A DNA stretch of 62,761 nt, counting the filler, from Vannella sp. (Eukaryota): the NCBI GenBank assembly GCA_023345925.1. It is 8 parts of 8 records of this genome, joined end to end, with 100 filler letters (N's around TTAATTAATTAA, not from the genome) between each part and the next. Parts side by side here need not be neighbours in the genome. Positions count along the whole stretch, not along the records: positions 7,073 to 21,210 come from JAJQQN010001361.1; 7 more parts are not named here. The stretch is one strand, 5' to 3'. Below, one piece after another: positions 10,467 to 21,210 of this stretch. The notes beneath the pieces were generated by a model. The model was not told the origin of the DNA. It saw nothing but the letters and a program-made list of their open reading frames with translations, and made no database searches. The translations under genes were made by a program, and so were the position numbers. How positions within the stretch are numbered: position 1 is the stretch's first letter; each line of letters opens with the position of its first letter.

Positions 10467-10795
10467 AGTTCCTTTCGTAGAGGACTCGCTCAATAGTCAA
10501 CGTCCTCTCCAAGAACAACACCAAAGTGTGCATGGGAAAGCTGGCAAGTGACTGATCCAGAGAGTGAGCCATCTCGATTTGCTCGGCAAGATAAAACAGC
10601 TGATGAAAGTGTAATTACTCAGCTGAATCGGTGAAAAGACGATTCGCTGGCACTTGAGCTGCTCAGTCCGATGATGCATTAAGGCAGTTTCTCGAATGTT
10701 CCCCTATCGTCGGGATATGGTTGTATGCTGCGTGTACCCTCATTTTGACAACACAGAATAGTTTTTCTAAGGTTTAAACCCCTTCTGTAGCATTT

Positions 10796-11119
10796 TCAAG
10801 GCCACCTAAGCAGGGTACGCTTAGATCCTGATAGCACATGAACTCCCAGAAAAGAACCCAATCGTCTTTCAACGTCATCGACGAGGACCCAATCTTCTTT
10901 CAAGTCGTCTGGGGCGCTTCTCTTCTCGATCTAGAACAAAGGATTAGACAATGCTTACCAAGGATCAACGTGTGACCTTACCTTTGCGTTGGCCTTCAGC
11001 ATACCGGCTTCTCTGTCCATCTCCACAGGTCCTGTTCGAATAGAAGTGCGTCTGTTGTCAACAAAACACAGTCAGTTCTTATCCTTTCGTGGGTAGAAAC
11101 CGGAAGCTCCACGTACCAT
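10796..11119 (-). other. Small spliced locus of unclear coding status (microprotein or decayed gene)
   Basis: Two canonical minus-strand introns: 11052-11116 (GTACGT..CTGAC..CAG) and 10931-10981 (GTAAGG..CTAAT..TAG). No long ORF. Confidence 0.35.
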
Positions 11120-11417
11120 CTTTTTTGTTGAGCGTGGGACGAAGGAACGCGTCTCGTACTCTCCAGAGTATGTTACAACGAGCTACTGCAGTGGGAAAGA
11201 GCAAATTACTTCGTCCTGTTATCTATGAACGCCTCTTAGTCTACAAATACAGCGAAACAGTTCTCCTCCAGGCAAGCAAACTTGAAACGGGTGCCAAACA
11301 TGTGTCCTTGCCAGTGCATCATCAACAGCTTTTCTTCTCTATGAAGGTCTTGCTTTATAGAGTGTAGCGTGGCGTATTTAGTCATTCCTTGACGTCCAAC
11401 ACACTGTGCCAGCTCGT

Positions 11418-12251
11418 ATGAAGTGGATGGTGGAAATGGGTGCGGAGCCCTTCGTGGCCATGTGTGGAGTGAGTGTGGGAGTTCTGTTGTTGATTGACAG
11501 ACAGAGGTTTCTGCCCAGAGCAGGTGAGAGGAGCGGGGGCGAGGGGGCTTCTCATTCTCATGCTTTGGTAGTGAGTAAGTGCTGCGCTTCCCTTTCCTTC
11601 CTACTTGTGGCCCTTTCGCGTGGCATCTTGGAAAGCGGAGACGTCACAGCGCCGTGGATTGCCCTAGGACTAGTGCTTGGGGCCATTGGTGACGTCTTTC
11701 TTCTGTCCAAGACGAAGCATTTCTTCCTTGCTGGCCTTGCTAGCTTCCTTCTTGGTCACTTGTCTTACATTGGGAGCTCTCTCACCCTTCCCATCAGCCT
11801 TAGCTGGGTCCTTCTGGGACTCCTCTTACTGGTTCCTCGCTCCTTCATCATCTGGCTGACGCTACGTCAAGCTGCTTTGGCTAAGGACCCCAACAACAGG
11901 TCTGCGTACCTCATGGGATGGTCCATCATCGCGTACATCTCCGTCATCACCTTGATGGTGGTCTTGGCCATCGGAAACCTCGGCCACGTGTACGAACAGA
12001 CGAATGGCAGCTGGGAAACCATCGCCCAAGTCTACCCTGGCGTACTGTGGCGTGTCCTAAGCGCAGAGATGTTCTACTTCTCGGACATCTGCGTAGCGAG
12101 GGAGCGCTTCGTCGCTTCCTCTCCTTTGAACCAATGGATCGGCCTTCCCTTGTACTTTGGTGCGCAAGTGCTGATCGCCTTCTTCTTCGAGTCTTCCAGT
12201 CAGCTAGAAGGAGGCAGCTACCTCCCAGAGTACCTCCGTGGGCTGCAATGA
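11418..12251 (+). CDS. YhhN/TMEM86 family multi-pass membrane protein (lysoplasmalogenase-like)
   Basis: GAIGDVFLL, FLAGLASFLLGHLSYI, FYFSDICVA, LYFGAQVLIA; several hydrophobic helices; intronless. Confidence 0.88.
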   Translation: MKWMVEMGAEPFVAMCGVSVGVLLLIDRQRFLPRAGERSGGEGASHSHALVVSKCCASLSFLLVALSRGILESGDVTAPWIALGLVLGAIGDVFLLSKTKHFFLAGLASFLLGHLSYIGSSLTLPISLSWVLLGLLLLVPRSFIIWLTLRQAALAKDPNNRSAYLMGWSIIAYISVITLMVVLAIGNLGHVYEQTNGSWETIAQVYPGVLWRVLSAEMFYFSDICVARERFVASSPLNQWIGLPLYFGAQVLIAFFFESSSQLEGGSYLPEYLRGLQ

Positions 12252-12283
12252 ATCTTCATTTCTTGGAAGCAGCGCGCTGGTGC

Positions 12284-13882
12284 ATGTCTTACTCTCTTTT
12301 GGCGGGGCTGGGTCATCGACATAGTGAGTGCAACAGTCCTAGCTTTGTAAGAAGGCGGAGGGCTGACGGGGGAGTGGGAAAGGTTCAACGGCCCGAATGG
12401 TGGGGTCGATTGGGTGCTCTTTTAGGGGTCAGAACGTCTTTACGCAGCAACAGAGGAGCTATTGTAGTATGTATCTATGTCTCTGTCACTTCAAAAGAGC
12501 ACAGATCGACTGGAACTAGCCTCTGATCGCGAGGGCAGGCAGTACAGACTTTTATAAGGAGCTTGGAGTCACCCGGCAGAGCTCACAAGAAGAGATCAAG
12601 AAGGCCTTTCGTACTCAGGCACGACAGTGTCATCCAGACGTCAACCCAGGCGACAAGGACGCAGAAAGCAAGTTCAAAAGGATCGCGGAAGCATACGAGA
12701 CACTCTCCAACCCTTCCAAGCGTCAAGAGTACGATCGAGGAGAATCACCATTCAGCTCTTCATCGTTTCGTGGAGCAAGAACGCAGAACAACCCCTTCAA
12801 TGACGAGATGTCGGAAGATGAGATCGACATGAGCGACATCTTCGCTCAGTTCGGCTGGGGTGCGTTTGGAGCTGCTCAAGGACGCAAAGGACGACAGAAC
12901 CCGAACAACTTTGAAGAGTTCTTCGAGTTCTGCAGCTCAAAGAAGCCAAAAGGAGCCAAAAAGCGGAAGAGGAAGCCAAAGAACGGAGGTGTGGTGAAGG
13001 TATGCTTCCTTACGAAGAAATGGAGGTCTCTAACTCATTCTGGTATCGTGTGTGATCGTTTAGGTTGCCACACAGGTCTCCTTCTTAGAGTCTGTCCATG
13101 GAATGACCAAAGAAGTGGTTTACTCCGCAGATCAAGCTTGCGTGCCCTGCAAGAGCACAGGAAGTGCAGATGGTAAAGCAGCAAAGACTTGTAGGTCTTG
13201 TAATGGCGCAGGAACAGTACGTAGGGACGATCCAGCAACCATTTCTCACCATTCTTGAAGATTCAACGGATCAAGAAGGCTTTCATCATGGAGACTCAGT
13301 GTGGGAACTGCGGAGGAACAGGAGAGACTATCGTTCGCCCGTGTAGCAACTGCAGCGGCACTGGGAAACTACGGGGTCGAGTGTCTCTCCAAGTGGACAT
13401 CCCGCGAGGGGTAGATGAAGGTGATGTCATCAAAATCAAAGGCAAAGGAAACGCTGGAGAGCATGGAGGCACTCCTGGTGACCTCCACTTGGAGATTAAG
13501 GTAAGGCATAGCACCGAGTTTCTGTGATCCTCCCCAAACTCACTCTTTGGGGCCTCTTTAGGTATCTGGTCATCCAAGGTTCCGTCGAGAATCACGAAAC
13601 ATCCATTCAGACCACGAACTAGACCTCACACAAGCCATCCTGGGGACCACCGTTGAGGTCCAAACCGCCTCAGGACCAGTCACAGTCTACGTCCGCTCCG
13701 GTACGAACAACGGGGACACTTCCACACTCCAGGGCAAGGGATTCAGCTTCCCCAACGTCACCACATCGGGAGACCACGTGGTCCATTGGACAGTCCGACT
13801 TCCCAAAGCCAGCCAGTTGACTCCTCGTCAGCTCCAGCTCCTTCAGGAGTTCTCCAAAGAGATCCAAACGAACAAAGAATGA
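12284..13882 (+). CDS. Type I DnaJ/Hsp40, probably mitochondrial (Mdj1/DNAJA3-like); multi-exon
   Basis: J domain [31 protein letters not shown]; four CxxCxGxG-type repeats; C-terminal [16 protein letters not shown]. The spliced N-terminus is acid-free and R/S-rich, ending RSYCS. An alternative start at 12397 is possible. Confidence 0.88.
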
Positions 13883-13916
13883 GTACAGACGATGCTGGGA
13901 CCATTTTAAAGGGGCT

Positions 13917-15354
13917 ATGGGGGACCAGCCGCCCAAGCAGTCCCTTCAGGAGCGGTGCGGCGGCTTGTTGTGATGAGGGGGGATGCTTACGGGGCTTGTA
14001 GAGTACAGATCTTCCAAGCTGCACTAGAGATTGACCCTGTGGATCTGAAAGTGATCCGCCGGCTGGCTTTCCAAGGCCTCCCTGATGAGCCTGGACTTCG
14101 CGGGATGTATTGGAAGCTTCTCCTCAACTTTCTGCCTCGGCAGAAGTCACTGTGGGAGGAAGAGACGAACAAGCAACGACGTATCTATCATGAATGGGTC
14201 CAGGAACTCATTCTGGACCCACACGCCAAATATGTGCGCGCTCCCTCTCTCCTTTGCTCTCTCTGATGATCTGTGGTGTGGGATTAGGCTCAGCATAGAG
14301 AGGATAACCCAGAGGACCAACATGCTAGTGAGGATGTCACGTTCTCTGACCATGTGGGTGATCTGGGAAGGTCCTTGATGTCTACTCACCTCCAAGTGCC
14401 AGCCCCTCTCCACTGCAGCTGAGAGTACGTGGGGACAGTACTTTAAGGACTGCGATATGATGGAAGAGATCGACAAAGATGTCAAGAGGACCTTCCCGCA
14501 CCTCCACTTCTTCAATAAGGACGGAAACGTTGGGTCCACCCGCCATTACGAAGCTCTCCGACGGATCCTGTTCATCTACGCCAAGCTGAACCCTGGTATC
14601 TGCTACGTACAAGGTATGAACGAAGTAGTAGGGCCAATCTACTACGTTCTAGCAAGAGACCTCGAAGAGCCCGACTTTGGTGAGTCCCAAAAGTGTCTGA
14701 ATGCATTCTCCGTGTAACCTCTCGTTCTTGCTCTAGATGGAGCGGAAGCTGATGCCTTTCATTGTTTCAAGAGCCTAATGAGTGAGATCCGGGATAACTT
14801 CTGCAAGACACTCGATCATTCGGCTTTGGGAGTGACAGGGTCCATGCAAAAGTTCTCTGCTTTGCTGAAAGAGACGGACTATGAGGTTTGGAACCATTTA
14901 GAGCAGCAGGAGATGAACCCGCAGTTCTACGGGTTCCGTTGGATAACGCTCCTTCTCTCGCAGGAATTCGATCTTCCGGAAGTCATTCAATTGTGGGATT
15001 GCTTGTTTGCAGACGAGACGCGCTTCCAGTTCCTTCTCTATTGCTGCTGTGCTATGGTTTCGTAGGTATCTGAGTGTATGCAAGGGAGGATACCCTAACA
15101 TGGGAGTGTTTAGTTGCATTCGGGAGATTTTGTTATCAAATGAAAGCTTTGCTCCAAACCTTCAACACTTACAACAGTACCCGAAGGATATTGAGTTAGT
15201 CACTATCATTCACAAGGCTATCGAACTGCGAGATGGACATGTCAATCATGCTCGAGGGCAGAATGTCGGTGTCCACTATCAACCATCTCCCTCCCATGAC
15301 GAAGATCCTTCTCCATCATCGTTCCGAAGCACGATGAAACGCTTCTTTGCATAA
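13917..15354 (+). CDS. TBC1D13: Rab GTPase-activating protein, TBC1D13-like; multi-exon
   Basis: GLPDEPGLRGMYWKLLLNFLP, IDKDVKRT, YAKLNPGICYVQGMNE, FRWITLLLSQEF. First exon MGDQPPKQSLQER splices in frame to VQIFQAAL. Confidence 0.88.
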
Positions 15355-15545
15355 AACTCAAACTTTGATTATTCTCATTTGAATGAGCCTTCTTTCAAAC
15401 TCCCTTTAAGGCTCGCTTCTTTGTCAGACTCCAATTGGTGTTGCGTTGCGTTGCGTTGAGTTGACCAACAAAACCATCTGGTTTCTTTCTTCGCCTGACG
15501 ACGATCATGGACCCATTGCAGTTACAGAGTGTATTGATGAGCCCT

Positions 15546-16792
15546 TCACATGTAAGGGTTACCGCCTTGTGGAGGAACTCCACCAGCGTACCCTGGCGCT
15601 CCTCCATAGGGATTCGCAGGAGCAGGCATGTACGGATTAGGGACAGGAGCAGCGCTTTGGTAAGGAGAGGAAGGATATCCTTGCTGTGGAGGGAAGGCGG
15701 CTTGTTGAAGTGGATATCCCTGCTGAGGAGGGAACGCGCCTTGGGGAGGATATCCTTGTGGAGGAGGGAATGCACCCTGCTGAGGAGCGTATGCACCTTG
15801 CTGGAGAGGATACCCTTGTTGCTGGGGAGGATATCCTTGTTGGGGAGGGAATGCACCCTGCTGAGGAGCGTATGCACCTTGCTGGGGAGGATACCCTTGT
15901 TGCTGGGGAGGATATCCTTGTTGGGGAGGGAACGCACCTTGTTGCTGAGGAGGATATCCTTGCTGCGGAGGGAATGCACCCTGCTGAGGATATCCTTGTT
16001 GGGGAGGGTACCCTTGTTGCGGATAACCCCCTTGTATGTCACGGTGATCACCAAATGGAGGTCCACCAGCGGCACCAGGGGCAAAGTGAAGGAAGAGTCT
16101 GACAACTCCCTCATTCGCTCTCCCTTGTCCTCCAGTCAACTAACAAGAGTCAGAATCGTTCGTCTCTCTCAGCAAGCTTACGTTGATAATGAACTCCTTG
16201 GGAGTATGCTGGGGGATGTGGGACAAGGGAAGGCGCGCGGAACCAATGCAATCGTCTGCCAGCATGTCTTTGTCGAACACCTTGATCATTAACTCTCCTG
16301 CCATCACGTCTCTCTCGTAGATTCCCATGGAGAGGCGTTCATCCCACGTCGGATTAAGTGACTTGGTGACGGGTTTGGTCTTGATAGTGATGTCACCTTG
16401 CGTTAGAGCCGCATAAGGGTCACTTGTTCCTACGAAGAAGTTAGAGAGAGGTTCTTGGTACAAAGAAACGCACCACCACGGTCAGCAGCTTGGAGATTGG
16501 AAGCGCTGAGAATGTGCGCGTGGAGTTGGAGGGGAGACTTGTCCTGAGCAGCTCCTTGCTGACTCTGGTAGACCTTGTATCCACCAACGCCAACTGCCAG
16601 AGCACCTACAGCAGCAACGCCAGCCAAACCAAACGCGGCAGCGCCTCCAAGAGCGACTTTCTGGCCCGTGCTCATTCCTGAGGAGGAGCTTCCGGACTTA
16701 TCCTTCTTCTCTTTACCAGACTTGTCCTTCTTCTCCTTGCCAGACTTGTCTTTCTTGTCTTTCTTGTCCTTCTTGTCCTTGTCCTTTCCCAT
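15546..16792 (-). CDS. C2-domain protein with KDKK-rich N-terminus, one hydrophobic Gly/Ala helix and a long YPPQQG-repeat tail; 2 introns
   Basis: C2 motifs [38 protein letters not shown]; tail of [13 protein letters not shown] repeats. Confidence 0.85.
15690..16030 (-). repeat. Coding tandem repeats (YPPQQG units; an 81-nt higher-order duplication at 15771/15852)
   Basis: tgcaccctgctgaggagcgtatgcaccttgctgg recurs 81 nt apart. Confidence 0.85.
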
Positions 16793-17090
16793 CGGCGCCT
16801 CAACGAATGACTTCCAATTGTGGGACAAGAAGTGCGAAGCTCAGAGATTGGGAACCTTCGTGCTCATTGCCATTCAATGTTACCTCGTGTTAGCTTGTAC
16901 TGATGATATTGATCCCTGAGAGAGTTCAACGCCCCTCAAAACCTCCGCTGGCCTCCCGTAAAGAAATGCTCCTATATTCGACTGGCATTAATGCGAATGA
17001 TGATTTTATATGTTTTTAAGAAGGTAACTTTTCCGTCGTTTGGAGGAGTCAAATGATGGAATCACTGGAGCGATGGACTCTCTTCCATAG

Positions 17091-17927
17091 CTAGGCGTCT
17101 CTTTGGTTGCGCGAAAGAAAACGGCCTGCAGAGGGATCAAAGGGGCCACCAAGTGGCATCATGCCAGAGCCAAAGGGAGACTCGTTTGGACGGCCACGGA
17201 ACGAAGAGGATTGCGTGGCGCAGCGAGATTCCGAAGGAGATACTCCTGGAAATTGTCTCCGGGTGGCTCCGTAGCTGTCCAAGTAGCGATCCCGTGAAGG
17301 CTGTGCGAAGACAGGAGCGAAAGGCAAAGACTCCCGAGGAAGTCGACGATGAGGAAGATAATCCCTTTGGCGTGCTTGCTCCAAATCCTTTCTACCAGCC
17401 TGTGGAGCACCGTATGATGGACGAGTAGATTCAGAAGAGGGTTTGAAGCGGTCAGGAAGGGCCTGCGAAGAGTTGCAGAACTTGGCAAACACGTGCTTCT
17501 TGGAGTGGAAGTGGACCCTGCTTTGTACGACTTCACAGTCAGAGCAAAGGTTGAATTGGACGGGACAGTGGAGGCATTGGAAGCGGACCCCAGCGATTTC
17601 CTCGCGGCAGCGTCCGCATATCTCTGAGCGAAGCCACGGAGATGGGGTAGAATGGGAGTGCCTGGCAAGTCTTTCTGACGGGTTCCTGACTTGGCTCATG
17701 AAGAACTGGACTTCTCCTGTGGAGTGGCGGAGAACGAAGGACAGATGACCGTCAGAGGAGATTGTTTCACCCTGGTGCGTTCGGAGAACAAACTCCTGGC
17801 TTGATAGGCGGAAAGAACGTCGGATAAGGGAAGTCAGCTCTTGAAGGGATGCAGAGCGGTCAAGACCGAAGTGGCCGAGTTTTTGTTGGTTCTGGTACAA
17901 AGTGCAGAATACGGGCGACTGGTTCAT
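17091..17927 (-). CDS. PB1-like + ZZ-type zinc finger protein (p62/NBR1-like N-terminal half)
   Basis: ZZ: CGRCREEIAGVRFQCLHCPVQFNLCSDCE..HSKKHVF. N-terminal SLQELTSLIRRSF..GETISSDGHL is PB1-like. Confidence 0.75.
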   Translation of the reverse strand: MNQSPVFCTLYQNQQKLGHFGLDRSASLQELTSLIRRSFRLSSQEFVLRTHQGETISSDGHLSFVLRHSTGEVQFFMSQVRNPSERLARHSHSTPSPWLRSEICGRCREEIAGVRFQCLHCPVQFNLCSDCEVVQSRVHFHSKKHVFAKFCNSSQALPDRFKPSSESTRPSYGAPQAGRKDLEQARQRDYLPHRRLPRESLPFAPVFAQPSRDRYLDSYGATRRQFPGVSPSESRCATQSSSFRGRPNESPFGSGMMPLGGPFDPSAGRFLSRNQRDA

Positions 17928-18656
17928 GAGAGGTCGGGGGTGGGTTGCTCTTCAGCCCATTCTTCCATCCTTAAATACCAAAAAGTTCGGTTTCTCTCAT
18001 ATCCCCGCCGCCATGGGGAACTGACTTTCTCTTCTTTTTCCCACAAAGTTCAGAAGAGAAGAAGGCTTTTCCATGACAGCTGTTGAGTCCATGTGCTCAC
18101 AGGATGTATTCTCTCACAAACAATTAACACTCTGCCCTTCCGAGAAGCTCGCCTCCATCACCGATAAGAAGATTTCACTTTGTCTGACTGTCTTCGTATC
18201 GGTATCATCAAGCTAGGTGAATTTGGGTCGATTGGTGGACTCCTTGAGATCTCTCTGGGCAAAGTAGGAAGCCTCGAGTCCCGTTCTCGATGCTAGTTGA
18301 AACGTTCAAACCTCCCAGCTTTCTTTGGATGGCTTCCACAAGCAAAGGGGATGGCATTAGAGAACAAGGATCATCGTCTATGTACACTCATTTCTTTCAT
18401 CAAGCTCACACCATTTGGAACAGGAGGAAGAGCGTGCTGAATAGGTCAGAGTGTGGAAGTGAATTGGCCAGATGTTGATGTTAATCGTTCCCTCTTATCG
18501 AGTAAACGAGAAATCGAGAATAACAATCAATGAAGCTCCAAGACAACCAATCACCTCCTCCTCACTGACAACGCAACATCCGGGAACACAAGTCACGTGA
18601 TCATGTCTCAAAAACTACTCTTAAACAGTTTAATTGGGGTTGTCTGACACACCCTT

Positions 18657-19014
18657 GGAGATACTCACAGCGCGGCCATTGACACCGAAGGCGGCCTTTC
18701 GGTGTGGACGAGCAAGACCTTCACCTTTTGGGCGAGTTGTACACCCCAACTAGTGGAAGGTCTCCCTGCAATCACAAAGGTGGCTTGCGGTCACTCCTTT
18801 CTCGTGGCAGAGGCCTCAGAAGGAACTCTCTGCGTCAAGTCATCATTCTTGTGCGTTTCCGGATGATGGCGGCCTGCAAGTCTTCGGATCCAACCACTAT
18901 GGACAACTCGGTCTCAGCCACAGGATCAACCAACCCCATCTCACGTTTTGTCCCGTCCTCCCCGCTGTCCCTCCTGCTTTCACTCGCAAGAAGAAGAGTG
19001 CCCGCTCCGCTTGA
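18657..19014 (+). pseudogene. Internally deleted, frameshifted RCC1-family relic
   Basis: HSAAIDTEGGLSVWT..VEGLPAITKVACGHSFLVAEASEG, then in another frame HSCAFPDDGGLQVFGSNHYGQLGL..FTRKKKSARSA*. Both parts align to 5556..6605, the middle is missing, and there is no start. Confidence 0.85.
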
Positions 19015-19149
19015 GCTTCCTTCGCACGTAACATCCTCCGGGAAGACTTCGAGGGAAGACCAGAATCCGTAAAGGGCTTCTCTTGGTGATGATGTTGTAC
19101 TTACTGGCTCCCAATAGAACCCTCCAAAGAATCTGTGAGATGACAAACT

Positions 19150-20509
19150 TCATTCTCCTTCTCCTTCCCCCTCCAAACACTTCTTAAGGACCGAGCAAAT
19201 CGACTCAAAAGAGGGTCGAGACCCTGAATCATAAGCTAAGCAGTCTCGCATTAGCTCCTCCAAAATGGCTGGGACGGGTAGTGGGAAAACGAGCCTCTTC
19301 CGCTCCGCCAAGAGTTGCTGGTATTCGTCCAGCTCTTGGAAAGGGAACGGTTCTTGCTTGAATACGAGAAGATACATCAGAACACCAAAGCTGAAGACGT
19401 CTGAACTCAACCCGTAACGTTTCTCGAAGACCTCTGGGGCCATAAAGCCAGGAGATCCACAGAAAGTGGCAGTTAACTTTCTCCGTTTTTCAGAAGGAGA
19501 GGTTCCTCTCTTCTGTAGGAGGTAGCGAGAGATACCAAAGTCTACTATCCGGACAGTAGACTGATCTGGGCTGTTTCTGCAGCTCCAATTGGAAATCTAA
19601 ACAAATGCTCAGAACAATATAGTGACTTGGGGAGGGACGGACCATGATGTTGTGAGGCTTAATGTCACGGTGGACTATTCCACAGCTATGTATGAAGCTC
19701 ATTCCTAACGCAATGTCTCGAAAGAGGGTCAAAAGGAAGCTCCAAGAGTGAAGCCGAACGTCCTTTCGCTCGATTGCATCAAAAAGACTCCCTTCTGGAC
19801 AATACTCCATCACCAGGTGTGGTACATTCCCTTCTTCTTGCTCTTGTACACAGTAAGCCTCAAATAGTCTTTGCACAAGCCATACCTTTGAAGGAGACAC
19901 CAAAGAAACGAATGCAAGAGGGATGGCGTGTCGCTCTGGGCTCAGTCAACATCCATAAGATACGCATGAGATAGACGATACTTACATTAGGCACTCTATC
20001 TCTCTACGGATAGCCAGACGATCTTCTGGGTCAGAGTAGAAGTAGATTCGCTTCACCGCTACCGTTTGACCCTGCCACTGCGCTTTGGAGATAGTGGAGT
20101 ACGCTCCTGATCCGATAGAGTCCATTCTCTTCAGCTCTGTGAAGGGGATGACCCATGAAGGGCTTGGAAGGTGTAAATCGGCTGCCTCAGGCGGGATGAG
20201 GTGAAGATGGAGGGATTGGAGGTGCTTCTGATGGTAGCTGATGAGCTTTAAGAAGGTCTTAACGTGGGAACCACGTTCCAGCACGAACTCCACATCTTCA
20301 TCTGAAGAGAGGGCAAGAACGAGCCGATGTGTGAGTGAAGGAATGCTTTTCAAGTAGCGGGAGTCCTTTATATCGACCAGTAGCACCTTACAAATCTGCC
20401 TTTGTGAGTCCCACAGCTCTATAGCATGAGAAGTCAGTCCAAGCGTCTTGCCTTCAACCGACGTCGCAGCAAAGAGGAATTCCTCTTCGCTCAACGCCCC
20501 TCCCATCAT
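19150..20509 (-). CDS. Tyrosine-kinase-like (TKL) protein kinase with a possible N-terminal PH-like domain; multi-exon; 5' end uncertain
   Basis: IGSGAYSTISKAQWQGQTVAVK, LVMEYC, HRDIKPHN, IVDFGISR, CGSPGFMAPE, SDVFSFG, SRPSF. Confidence 0.88.
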
Positions 20510-20648
20510 AACAATGAAGAGGTTTTCTTTTCATTCTCTCTCTCTTCAAAGGACCTCTGGCCGATCAGTGGGTGCAGGATGATTGTTCTTCAGAAATCTG
20601 GTAACGTTATGCAGTTCTTCAAGCTTCTTTTCGATCTCAGACAGAAAT

Positions 20649-20733
20649 GCGTTCTCCTGTAAATGAAAACGTTTCCAGTTCTTTAGGGCCAGCGAAGGCC
20701 TCCGGTGATACGTTTTCATTTACAGGAGAACGC
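20649..20733. repeat. Perfect 24-bp inverted repeat with a 37-nt spacer
   Basis: GCGTTCTCCTGTAAATGAAAACGT (20649-20672) and its exact reverse complement ACGTTTTCATTTACAGGAGAACGC (20710-20733). Confidence 0.97.
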
Positions 20734-20747
20734 GTGGGCATTTTCCT

Positions 20748-21210
20748 TCAAACCCTCCACCACAAAACACTTCCCGCGTGTGTAGTATTGCCTGCCTTGG
20801 TGCTCCACATCACCCACAAAGAAGGTCCGTACCTGTGAGTCAGCACCTGGCCATCAACTTCCACCAACTCTCGTGCATCAGCCATAAAGACGGGAGAATG
20901 ATAACGCAAAGTCCTGCCAATGATTGACACCGATTGGTTGGCAAGACTTTCTGATGGAAGGTATCAGATGAGGGACTTCAAAGCACTGTGTTTCTCGCAA
21001 CCACTTGCAGCGATCTCCTTCCCCAAAGGTTCGTATATTGTCCAAGTGTGGCATGGAACGTCCCTTACTGGTTACATTCAGTGCAAGAAGGGGCAGTGTA
21101 GTTGCCGATGGGCTCGTTTCCGACGACGAAGGGGCAGGAGAGCGGCATCTTCTGACAGAGAGTGTTCTCATATTGGATGTACTCATCGTAGTACTTGCAG
21201 CAAGTGAACG
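20748..21210 (-). CDS. Possible 3' end of a separate Cys-rich, perhaps secreted protein (5' truncated by the contig end)
   Basis: Segments FTCCKYY..CPFVVGNEPIGNYTAPSCTEC and SLANQSVSIIG..GNTTHAG..WWRV* with NxS/T sequons. The exon joins could not be resolved, and these could instead be upstream exons of the kinase. Confidence 0.3.

Noticed and set aside
10596..10640. CTGATGA...GAAA resembling a hammerhead ribozyme core or C box
   Set aside because: No stem II between the motifs and no suitable D box or terminal stem
13879..13882. Bacterial-style ATGA stop/start overlap between DnaJ and the TBC gene
   Set aside because: The ATG at 13879 has the wrong phase for the TAG acceptor at 14001. ATG 13917 splices in frame and matches the TBC1D13 N-terminus.
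15690..16030. Regular repeats as a CRISPR-like array
   Set aside because: In-frame coding repeats with no unique spacers, in a eukaryotic gene
16990..17080. ATGATGA C-box-like motif in intergenic DNA
   Set aside because: No downstream CTGA, terminal stem or recognisable rRNA guide
20649..20733. Hairpin as a SECIS element
   Set aside because: The AUGA is Watson-Crick paired, not in a GA quartet, and no selenoprotein-like UGA gene is evident
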